This document shows positions 9,531 to 17,871 of a stretch of 64,000 bases of DNA, piece after piece; position 1 is the first letter of the stretch, and each line of letters starts with the position of its first letter. The DNA comes from an uncultured Peptococcaceae bacterium. Its GTDB lineage: Bacteria > Bacillota > Dehalobacteriia > UBA4068 > UBA4997. The notes beneath the pieces are model-generated. The model was not told the DNA's origin. It saw only the letters and a program-made list of their open reading frames with translations, and searched no databases. The translations under genes and the position numbers were made by a program. The stretch covers positions 53,749 to 117,748 of the forward strand of contig CALCQI010000025.1 of NCBI GenBank assembly GCA_937897635.1. Direction: 5' to 3'.

Positions 9531-10362
9531 CTAATTTATAGGTGCCCAACGGAGGTTTAACTTCAGTGTTCATGCCAGCTTCATATTCACCGAACAGTTC
9601 ATTGGCGTCTTTCAGAAGCTTGCGGTTCAATTTCATAAGGGGAAGGCCTACAGGACATACGCGTTCACATTCACCGCATTCAATGCAGCGATCGCCAATG
9701 TGATAAGCACGGGTCAAACCATAAACCTGGTTTTCGGCACGGTTGTTCTGTTTACCCTGCCAACCTACCCTGTACTGATCCACATAACATTCACGGCAGT
9801 TGCAAGCCGGACAAACATTGCGGCAAGCATAGCAGCGGATGCATTTATCGTATTGCTTGGCCCAGAATTCATAACGTTCATCTGCACTTAAGGCTTCCAT
9901 AGCTTCTACATCTTTGAAGCGGTCGGGGTAGCCTTTTTCCTGTACGGGTTCACCAACCATTACATCAGCTTCCAGTGGGTTATGGTGCATACATTCAATA
10001 CACTTTTTAACCATTTCGCCTGTAACAGGATCTTTTTTGCCTTCACAGGGCAAACCAATGAGATAAACATTTTCCCTTTTTAGCTGATTATCTTGGATAA
10101 GACGGTTAACGGCACGGGAATCACAACCACGCACACATAAACCGATTTTCTTTTCGGGGTACATATTATCCATAGTATATTTGGCCAAAGTATTCAGGCA
10201 GTATTCATTCCAAACCAGTTCATCAACTTTGGCGGGTTCTTTTACAAATACGGGGCTGGTTTTATTAGTACGGCCTTTGCCCCAGCCTATTATATAACCT
10301 ACTTCACCGCTTTCCAAAAGCTTTTTGGCGGTTTCTCTCAATTTAGCCTGCATATCGCTCAT
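9508..10362 (-). CDS. flxC: FlxC-like polyferredoxin / iron-sulfur subunit.
   Basis: Multiple Cys clusters: 'CVRGCDS', 'CEGKKDP…CIECMHHNP', 'CIRCYACRNVCPACNC' and 'CIECGECERVCPVG'. Its RBS GGAGGGG lies inside the 3' end of the preceding mvhD-like gene. Confidence 0.65.
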   Translation of the reverse strand: MSDMQAKLRETAKKLLESGEVGYIIGWGKGRTNKTSPVFVKEPAKVDELVWNEYCLNTLAKYTMDNMYPEKKIGLCVRGCDSRAVNRLIQDNQLKRENVYLIGLPCEGKKDPVTGEMVKKCIECMHHNPLEADVMVGEPVQEKGYPDRFKDVEAMEALSADERYEFWAKQYDKCIRCYACRNVCPACNCRECYVDQYRVGWQGKQNNRAENQVYGLTRAYHIGDRCIECGECERVCPVGLPLMKLNRKLLKDANELFGEYEAGMNTEVKPPLGTYKLDDHEEYM

Positions 10363-10794
10363 TTAGTTCCCCTCCTTAAATTTGGTGTTGGGGCCTAATG
10401 CCGCTACATCAGCAGTAACTTTTTCAATAGTTTCTTTAAATTTGCCGGCCTCGGAACCGGAAATCCAACGAGCTTGGAAGCGGCCGGGTTCAATACCGTT
10501 ATATTGTAAAAATCTTTGCATCATCAAGAAGCGACGACGTGTGAAGTAATTGCCACTAACATAGTGGCAGTCGCCGGGGTGTCAGCCGGCCACCAAAATA
10601 CCGTCAATGCCTTTTTGGAAAGCACGCAGCACAAATTGGGGGTTTACCCTGCCGGAACAGGGAACACGCAATACGCGTACATTATCCGGATATTTCATCC
10701 TATTCAAGCCTGCCAAGTCTGCACCGGCATAAGCACACCAGTTGCAGCAGAAAGCTAAAATTTTAGGATTCCAGTTTCCTTCTTTTACAGACAC
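10363..10794 (-). CDS. flxD: MvhD/FlxD-like [2Fe-2S] protein with an in-frame UGA (selenocysteine) at 10582-10584. The ORF track truncates it at the UGA.
   Basis: Read-through translation gives '[52 protein letters not shown]…', which matches the conserved MvhD core (xGCxxGDCHYxxGN) with Sec at the first Cys position. A 7-bp stem-loop (tgccact/agtggca) begins 12 nt after the UGA at 10551-10569, which fits a bacterial SECIS. Confidence 0.7.
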
Positions 10795-12764
10795 AGCGCA
10801 TCCACCTCCTCTAAGATCTGGCCGTTGGTATAACCCAACAAATCAATAGCACCGGGACGGCAGGCAACTACGCAGGCACCGCAGCCTTGGCATAAACCGG
10901 TATTTACGGATGCTACTTTACGTTTTACCCATTTACCGTCTTCACGACTGTCTATTTCTTTCAACTCGATTGCTTTATAAGGACAGCATGCCGCACAGAA
11001 ACCGCATCCCGAACATTTTTCCGTATTCACATGGCTAATCATGGGGTCGGTATCCATTTCGTCTTTGCTGAAAAGTGCGCACACTTTAATAGCAGCAGCA
11101 GAAGCCTGAGCAACCGTATCTGGAATATCCTTGGGTCCTTGACAAGTACCTGCCAGGAAAACACCGCCCGTATGGGTTTCCACAGGACGTAATTTGGGGT
11201 GAGCTTCCTGAAGCCAACCATCTTTGTCCATGCCTGCACCGATCATCTGGGCAACCCTGGTAGTATCAGCGGAAGGAACCATAGCAGTTTCAAGAACTAC
11301 CAAATCTGCTTCCACTACCACATTTTTGCTTACTAAAGTATCTTCACCGCAGCAGAACAGCTTACCGTCTTCCTCATAAATCTTGGAAATACGGCCGCGT
11401 ACATAAACTGCACCGTCATGCAGGGTTTTCATGTAAAACTCTTCATAAGCTTTACCCGGAGTACGAACATCCATATAGAATACATAAGCCTGGCTGTCAG
11501 GGCATTTTTCCAGTACTTGGTGAGCATGCTTGGCAGCATACATACAGCAGGCACGAGAGCAGTAAGACCTGCCTTTATTGGGATCACGGGAGCCAACACA
11601 TTTTACGATAACTACCGATTTAGGAGTTTTGCCGTCGGAAGGACGAACAATTTTACCTTCAGTAGGGCCTGAAGCATTGCTCATACGCTCAAACTGCAAA
11701 CCATCTATAACATCGGGATATTTGCCGTAACCATATTCACCGTAAAGTTTAGCCCAGTCGATAAGATCATAACCTGTGGCCATTACGATGGCACCGAAAG
11801 TTTCGGTAACATATTTATCCTGGTCTTCAAAGTCTATGCAACCCAAAGGACAAACTTTGGCACAAATACCGCATTTACCTGTTAAAAGCTTACGGCAGCT
11901 TTGATTATCAATAACAGGTTTACTGGGAACGGCCTGTGGGAAAGGTTTGTAAATACTGGTACGCTTACCCAAACCTTGGTCAAATTCACTAGGTACCTTG
12001 GTAGGACATTTAGTTTCACAAAGACCACAGCCTGTGCAAACAGAATGGTTTACATATTTAGCTTTTTGTCTAATTTTAACTTGGAAGTTACCTATGTAAC
12101 CTTGAACATCTTCTATTTCACTGTAAGTCATTAATTCAATATTGGGGTGCTGCGCCGCAGCAACCATTTTAGGTGCGCTAATTCAGGCAGAGCAGTCTAA
12201 TGTAGGGAAGGTTTTGTCCAACATTGCCATTTTGCCGCCGATAGTAGCTTCTTTTTCCACTATCACTACTTTATGACCGGCATCCGCAATGTCCAAAGCC
12301 GCCTGTAAGCCTGCTATACCACCTCCGATCACCAATGCTCTTTTATTTATGGGAATTGTGGAAGTATACAAAGGCTCGTTTTTAGTTACCTTTGCAACCG
12401 CCATTTTTACAAGATCTGTAGCTTTTTGGGTAGCGCCTTCTTTATCGGTATGTACCCAAGCAACTTGCTCACGAATATTCGCTACTTCCAATAAATATGG
12501 GTTCATGCCTGCGTCGGCAAGGGTTTTACGAAAAGTAGCCTCATGCATACGGGGAGTACAGGCAGCAATAACTACCCTATCCAAACCTTGCTCTCTGATA
12601 GCCTCTTTAACCATTTCCTGACCGGGCTCCGAACACATATATTTATATTCTGTAGCAAAAACCACACCCGGCATTTCCTTGGCAGCTTCAACCACTTGGC
12701 CTACATCTATACCGGCAGCGATATTAGTACCACAATGGCATATAAATACACCTACACGCCTCAT
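10785..12764 (-). CDS. hdrA: Heterodisulfide reductase subunit A (HdrA), a selenoprotein. It is a single 659-codon ORF with an in-frame UGA at 12183-12185; the ORF track splits it into 12183..12764 and 10785..12167.
   Basis: The N-terminal piece '[19 protein letters not shown]…[16 protein letters not shown]…TLDCSA' stops at a TGA exactly where HdrA normally has Cys/Sec (TLDCSxC/U). The same frame continues '[11 protein letters not shown]…' into the C-terminal piece, which carries the ferredoxin clusters. A stem-loop ggttgctgcggcgcagcacc lies 17 nt after the UGA (12146-12165) and resembles the E. coli fdhF SECIS (GGUUGCAGGUCUGCACC). Confidence 0.8.
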
Positions 12765-13717
12765 GCTGTTTCGCCTCCATTTTTAGTATTTTCCTGTTTT
12801 GCCTTAGCAATAGGCTTAACAGGTTTTTTAGCCGAAACTTCTTCCACAGGTTTGGGAATCAAGGCTTTTTCGGCTACTTCCACAGCGGGGAAGAAGTGTT
12901 TATTTATACCTATCGCTTTGGCACCCGAACCTAAAGCCATAGCCAATAATTCGGTAAAGAAATAAACAGGGATATTCAAGCGAGGATCACGCCTGGACAT
13001 TTCCTTCATGCGCATATCCAAATTGAGCATGCATAAAGGACAAGCCGTTACTATAGCCTCGGCACCATTGCTTACCGCATTTTTAAGTAAACGGTAAATG
13101 ATTTCCCGCCCTACTTTAGGAACAGATACTTGGTGGCTAGCGCCGCAGCATTCGGTTTTGAATGCCCATTCCACAGGGGTAGCACCTACCAATTCCATTA
13201 ACTTATCCATGCTTTGAGGGTTTTCAGTATCATCGAACTGCACAACACCTGCAGGACGTACCAAAAGACAGCCGTAATAGCTGGCAACTTTCAGGCCGTT
13301 CAAGGGTTTGGCAATGTTAGCTTTGATAGCTTCCATTGCTTCAGGACGGCTCATTACGTCCAAAAGGCAGTAAACATCGTTTTTAGCCTTGTAGGGAATT
13401 TCCAAAATATCTTCTATATGTTTTTGGTTTTTTTCCGATTCCCTTACATATTTAACAGCTGTTTTCATTCTGCCGAAGCAAGCAGCACAAGGTACTGCAA
13501 CATCCAAATCCATATCTTCGGCCAAAGCCAAATTACGGGCAGGCAAAGCTATTGAAAGATCATGATTAGTAAGGTGAGCGGCAGAAGCACCGCAGCAGTT
13601 CCAATCAGGAGTTTCAATCAGCTCCATACCTATTTTTTTCGCCACAAATCGGCTGGAAAGCTCAAATTCCACACCGCTTCCTGCCGAAGAACAACCGGGA
13701 TAATATGCATATTTCAT
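12761..13717 (-). CDS. hdrB: Heterodisulfide reductase subunit B (two CCG domains).
   Basis: 'YYPGCS', 'CCGAS…' and a second 'CCGASHQ' cysteine-rich CCG motif, 318 aa. Stop/start overlaps with hdrA and hdrC. Confidence 0.8.
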   Translation of the reverse strand: MKYAYYPGCSSAGSGVEFELSSRFVAKKIGMELIETPDWNCCGASAAHLTNHDLSIALPARNLALAEDMDLDVAVPCAACFGRMKTAVKYVRESEKNQKHIEDILEIPYKAKNDVYCLLDVMSRPEAMEAIKANIAKPLNGLKVASYYGCLLVRPAGVVQFDDTENPQSMDKLMELVGATPVEWAFKTECCGASHQVSVPKVGREIIYRLLKNAVSNGAEAIVTACPLCMLNLDMRMKEMSRRDPRLNIPVYFFTELLAMALGSGAKAIGINKHFFPAVEVAEKALIPKPVEEVSAKKPVKPIAKAKQENTKNGGETA

Positions 13718-14283
13718 TATTTATTACCCCCTTCCAGGCATTTGGCCATAATTTTTCTTACGCTTGCTTTATCCTTAACCATATGCGGACGGATACGAAT
13801 CTTACGGTTGAAATATAAATGTGGGGCAGACCAAACATCCTGCATAAGGTGGCCTGTGGTAAAATTATACAAGCCCATCAAAACCATTTCATGAGATTTG
13901 CCGAAATAACGGATATTGTTCAGGAACAAATCATTAAAACGATTCAATTCCTTAATGGGTGTAATACCCTTCTTTTTAGCTTCCTGCCGAACAGCTTCCA
14001 TTAAAGAAGGCAAATCGACTTGATGCGGACAACGGGTAACACAGGTTTGACAAGTGGCACACAACCACGGAGTGCGGGCTTTAAGTACTTCATCCCACAT
14101 TCCAAGCTGCATGTAGCGAATGACTTCACGCGGTTGCAAGTCCATAGCCAAAGCTACAGGACAACCGGCTGAGCATTTGCCACATTGATAGCAGTCAGCA
14201 AGGTTTACGCCGGACTTAGCCTGCATATCCCCAATAACTGATTTGTTCTTGGCTGATGCTTTGGTTAAATCAACTACTACCAT
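13717..14283 (-). CDS. hdrC: Heterodisulfide reductase subunit C (4Fe-4S dicluster). Start re-placed to 'MVVVDL'.
   Basis: 'CYQCGKCSAGCP' and 'CATCQTCVTRCP' motifs. GAGGAG sits 5 nt upstream of the ATG at 14283. The 5' end carries a GGGG…CCCC hairpin. Confidence 0.75.
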   Translation of the reverse strand: MVVVDLTKASAKNKSVIGDMQAKSGVNLADCYQCGKCSAGCPVALAMDLQPREVIRYMQLGMWDEVLKARTPWLCATCQTCVTRCPHQVDLPSLMEAVRQEAKKKGITPIKELNRFNDLFLNNIRYFGKSHEMVLMGLYNFTTGHLMQDVWSAPHLYFNRKIRIRPHMVKDKASVRKIMAKCLEGGNK

Positions 14284-14567
14284 AATATCTCCTCTTCCTC
14301 CTTTTTGAACACAGGGGTTACGGCCCGTCCCCATTGGTTCTGCGTAATTAAATATAAAAAGAATTTATAGGCAAAGCCTTTTTTACGCACATCATTTATG
14401 AATTCTTTACAAATACTGCTTTTCCTGCTAATATATACGATTTTTGTAATTTTTTATTGTATTTTTTATGTTTTTCGACAGATGGAATTTTATTAGTATT
14501 TATACGCAATAAAAGTATAACATATGTATACTGTATTTTCATTAGCAATTTATGCTAAGAATAATAT

Positions 14568-15704
14568 TCAGTTTCGTAAAAATATTCGGGCAATAACACC
14601 ACGCTTGATGTTGATGGCTTTTTGCGGGCAAAGCTCATGGCAGCAAAAACAGCTTACACAAGTTGAAAGGTTTGCCATTGGTCTTTTGTTCTTAATTTCT
14701 ATTATTTTCATAGGGCAATTCTGGGCACAAAGACCACAGCCGTTGCAGGAAACACCGTTAAACACAGGGTATGCCTTAAGCCTTTTATCCAACCATTTCA
14801 CTATGAATTTTGGCAATTTATCAGCATACATATTAATAGCCGCACTTTTTGATTTTACAAAATCCTTTATACATACTTCAGCAAAATCATCCCCCAAAAT
14901 TTCAGGAAATTCATCAGCCTTCAACAAACCACGTTTGCAGGCAGCATTTAGCATAGGTACCTCTTTTGCATCCAAACCTATCAAAGCCGCCCCTACCCTA
15001 TCTAATGCAGGCAGATCCGCTCCTCCTAACAACACCCCTGCTTTACGGGGTTTACCGCCCGAAGGGCCGTCACCTTCCATTCCAACTATACCATCTATAA
15101 TGGCATAATCAGGTTTCATGGCAAAACAAATATCCAAAAGCGTATCGGCAAAATCGTTATATTCGGGCATCCGCAAATGGTACTGTATCTTTTCCACCCC
15201 GGGTATAGCACCAAACATATTTTTCATAGCACCTGTATATGCCATCATACCATGCGTTTTCAACTTAGCCATGCTTATAAGAATATCCGCCGCCGCCATG
15301 GCTTTTACCACATTCATTGTTTTGATTTTTTTACCCTCAGCAAAGCCTATTTCTATTGTATCCGTATTATAATTCAACTCACAGCCTACTGCTTTTGCCG
15401 CCTCCTGCATACATGTTATACGGTAAACCGTTTTCAGATAAGCCGCGTTAAAAACACCACCCGGGCTATCGCCAATGATCACCTTGCAGCCCTTTTCCAA
15501 AAAATAAAGTGCCACCGCTTTGATAACAGCAGGATGAGTGGTTACAGCTTCCTCAGGTTTTTTACCAAGCAAAAGATTGGCTTTTAAAAATACCGTTTGC
15601 CCCTTTTCTACATTTAAGGGGCTAAGCCGGAATATTTTTTTCACTTTTTCCGCTACTGATTTCTCATCATAATCCGCACATTTTAGCAAAACTACTTTTG
15701 ACAC
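14568..15704 (-). CDS. DUF362-domain protein with a C-terminal 2x[4Fe-4S] ferredoxin domain.
   Basis: C-terminal 'CNGCGLCAQNCP…CVSCFCCHELCP'. GTG start with GGAGG 7 nt upstream. Lies 233 bp upstream of, and in the same orientation as, the hdr-flx operon. Confidence 0.7.
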   Translation of the reverse strand: MSKVVLLKCADYDEKSVAEKVKKIFRLSPLNVEKGQTVFLKANLLLGKKPEEAVTTHPAVIKAVALYFLEKGCKVIIGDSPGGVFNAAYLKTVYRITCMQEAAKAVGCELNYNTDTIEIGFAEGKKIKTMNVVKAMAAADILISMAKLKTHGMMAYTGAMKNMFGAIPGVEKIQYHLRMPEYNDFADTLLDICFAMKPDYAIIDGIVGMEGDGPSGGKPRKAGVLLGGADLPALDRVGAALIGLDAKEVPMLNAACKRGLLKADEFPEILGDDFAEVCIKDFVKSKSAAINMYADKLPKFIVKWLDKRLKAYPVFNGVSCNGCGLCAQNCPMKIIEIKNKRPMANLSTCVSCFCCHELCPQKAINIKRGVIARIFLRN

Positions 15705-15793
15705 ACTAAAACCTCCAAAAAGATATACTACTTAAGGCAGAAGCTGCATATTATAAAACAATCGATTTCTATGTCCAAAAAAGGAGGAGCAAC

Positions 15794-16342
15794 ATGAGTA
15801 CAAACAATATACACATCGTAAAAAAAGGGGATACCCTTTGGACCATTGCCAAAGAGCATTGTTTGACCCTGGATGAGCTTTTGGAGGCAAACCCCCAAAT
15901 CACCAACCCGAACCTGATTATGGCAGGACAGGAAATACTTATTCCCGTATCACCAACCCCCTGCCCGCCAATTATTGAAACACCCGCCCCCAATAAAGGT
16001 AATGATACAGAGAAAGTGCCGCCCATACCGGGGGAACGTCCACTTATTTATGTGGTAAAACCCGGTGATACCATGTACCGCATTGCCAAAGGCTTTAATA
16101 TGGAGCTTAAGGAACTTTTGAAAGTAAACCCACATATAGCAAACCCCGATGCCATAAATGTTGGCGATAAACTCTTTATCCCCAAGGCAAAAAAACTTTC
16201 CCTACTTAATATACCCATGCCTAACTTGAATTTAAGGAAAGATAACAGCAATAGCTGCCCCTATAACGGCGACAGCCACGTTTGCCCATGGCTGCAATCC
16301 AAAGGGATAATTTGCCCACATTGCGGCAGGCCCATAAAATAA
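15794..16342 (+). CDS. Protein with two LysM domains and a Cys-rich C-terminal tail.
   Basis: Two LysM repeats ('HIVKKGDTLWTIAKEH…LLEANPQI' and 'YVVKPGDTMYRIAKGF…LLKVNPHI') and a tail 'CPYNGDSHVCPWLQSKGIICPHCG'. RBS AAGGAGG. Confidence 0.8.
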   Translation: MSTNNIHIVKKGDTLWTIAKEHCLTLDELLEANPQITNPNLIMAGQEILIPVSPTPCPPIIETPAPNKGNDTEKVPPIPGERPLIYVVKPGDTMYRIAKGFNMELKELLKVNPHIANPDAINVGDKLFIPKAKKLSLLNIPMPNLNLRKDNSNSCPYNGDSHVCPWLQSKGIICPHCGRPIK

Positions 16343-16465
16343 GGCCTCACATAATTTAAGTACCTAAACTTACAAGCACAAAACTTATTTTAAAATTATA
16401 CAGGCTGGTTAACAAGCTATAATTAAAAGCTAAGTTATACTTATATAATATTACCTGTAATTTGC

Positions 16466-17344
16466 TTATAATAATTGCTCCAGTTCTGCTTTGCTGAAAC
16501 AGTGCTTTTCGTTGCAAAAACGGCAAACTACCTCGGCTTGCCCCTGTTCGGTAATGATTTTAGTAAGCTCATCCTTACCCAGGCTGATTAAGACACCTTC
16601 GATTTTTTCTTTGGAACAGCCGCATTTAAAGCTTACCTCATCATCCGCAAGCTTTTGCCAATTAAGGCCAAAAAGAACTTCATCTGCTATTTCTTCCGCC
16701 GTCATCTTTTGCTCTATCATTTGGGTAACAGGCAGCAGATTAGCTATATTTAGCTCTAATTGTTTTATGGCAAAATCCGTGGCATTAGGTAAAAGCTGCA
16801 CCATAAAACCGCCTGCCGCTTTAACACTGCAATCGGGATCGACCAAAACCCCTACCCCGACCGCGGAAGGGGTTTGTTCCGAATCCAGCAGATACCGTAC
16901 TATATCATCACCTATTTCACCCGTTGCCAAAGGCACACTGCCCGTATAAGGCTCACCTAAACCCATGTCTTTTACAACATAAAGTGTGCCGCTGCCTACC
17001 GCCGTGCCTACATCCAGCTTACCTGATGCTTTGCGTTCTATATCTACATGAGGGTTGGTAAGGTAACCCCTTACTTCTCCACGGCTGTTTGCGGTTACCA
17101 AAAGGTTACCCAAATAGCCATCGGCTTCTATCCTTAGGGTTACAGTATCATCCCCTTTCAGATTAAGGCCAAAAAAAACACCGCAGGTAAGAAGCCTGCC
17201 CAAGGCAGCAGTAGCTACCGGCCAGGTATCATGACGCCTACGCGCTTCCTCACAGGTATTTGTGGTATCGGCTACCCAAATACGGATACTGCCATCCAGA
17301 GTAGCCCCTTTTAAACAAGAATCTTTTTTAATGCTCATGCCCAT
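16466..17344 (-). CDS. hslO: Redox-regulated chaperone Hsp33.
   Basis: C-terminal zinc-centre cysteines 'CGCSKEK…CRFCNEKHC', 292 aa. Confidence 0.9.
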   Translation of the reverse strand: MGMSIKKDSCLKGATLDGSIRIWVADTTNTCEEARRRHDTWPVATAALGRLLTCGVFFGLNLKGDDTVTLRIEADGYLGNLLVTANSRGEVRGYLTNPHVDIERKASGKLDVGTAVGSGTLYVVKDMGLGEPYTGSVPLATGEIGDDIVRYLLDSEQTPSAVGVGVLVDPDCSVKAAGGFMVQLLPNATDFAIKQLELNIANLLPVTQMIEQKMTAEEIADEVLFGLNWQKLADDEVSFKCGCSKEKIEGVLISLGKDELTKIITEQGQAEVVCRFCNEKHCFSKAELEQLL

Positions 17345-17496
17345 CTTCCTTTAATTTTATTTTTGTATTGCTTTTTGATAAGCTTAATATTTTAAACAGA
17401 TAAGGCTATTAAAAGCTCAAAGCTTTATAAAAATACCGCTTTTGAATAGTTATTGTGTCCAAACTGTATTATAACATCTATCACATATATTTAAAA

Positions 17497-17527
17497 GCAA
17501 AAAATCCCAAGCTTAAGCTTGGGATTT
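17497..17527. terminator. Rho-independent terminator between the DUF1858 gene and hslO.
   Basis: Perfect palindrome atcccaagc-ttaa-gcttgggat flanked by A-runs and T-runs. Confidence 0.65.
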
Positions 17528-17571
17528 TAGTTTGGATCAAATTAAGAGTGGTGCTAAATTACAAAAAACTG

Positions 17572-17772
17572 TTATTTTTCCGCCACTTCATTAAGAGCTT
17601 TCATCAGGGCATCAACATCCATGCCATGGCCTATAGCCCCTTGTTCAATGGTTTCATACCTTGCTGCTACACAACCTAAACAACCCATGCCAAATTCCAT
17701 TAAAACACGAGCGGTATCGGGCCATTTTTCTACAATTTCTATAATACCCATATCTTTGGTAATAGTTGCCAT
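17572..17772 (-). CDS. DUF1858-domain small protein (hybrid-cluster-associated redox domain).
   Basis: 'MATITKDMGIIEIVEKWPDTARVLMEFGMGCLGCVAARYETIEQGAIGHGMDVDALMKALNE' matches the DUF1858 pattern. GGAGGTG is 4 nt upstream of this ATG; the track start is over-extended. Confidence 0.7.
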   Translation of the reverse strand: MATITKDMGIIEIVEKWPDTARVLMEFGMGCLGCVAARYETIEQGAIGHGMDVDALMKALNEVAEK

Positions 17773-17871
17773 AATACACCTCCAAAAAAATTTTACGTTA
17801 TTAGTATAACATATCTTGTCCATTTATCAAGTAGTTATTCGATATTTCCTACGGAACTACTAATCTTTATT

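Noticed and set aside
10582-10794. Treating the 70-aa mvhD fragment and the two hdrA fragments as pseudogenes or frameshifts
   Set aside because: The apparent stops are TGA codons at conserved Cys/Sec positions, the frame continues, and a hairpin follows. They are better explained as selenocysteine codons.
14335-14567. Possible Rex operator (TTGTAAAGAATTCATAAA) upstream of hdrC
   Set aside because: It does not form the required inverted repeat (TTGTGAA-N6-TTCACAA). Similarity is confined to one half-site.
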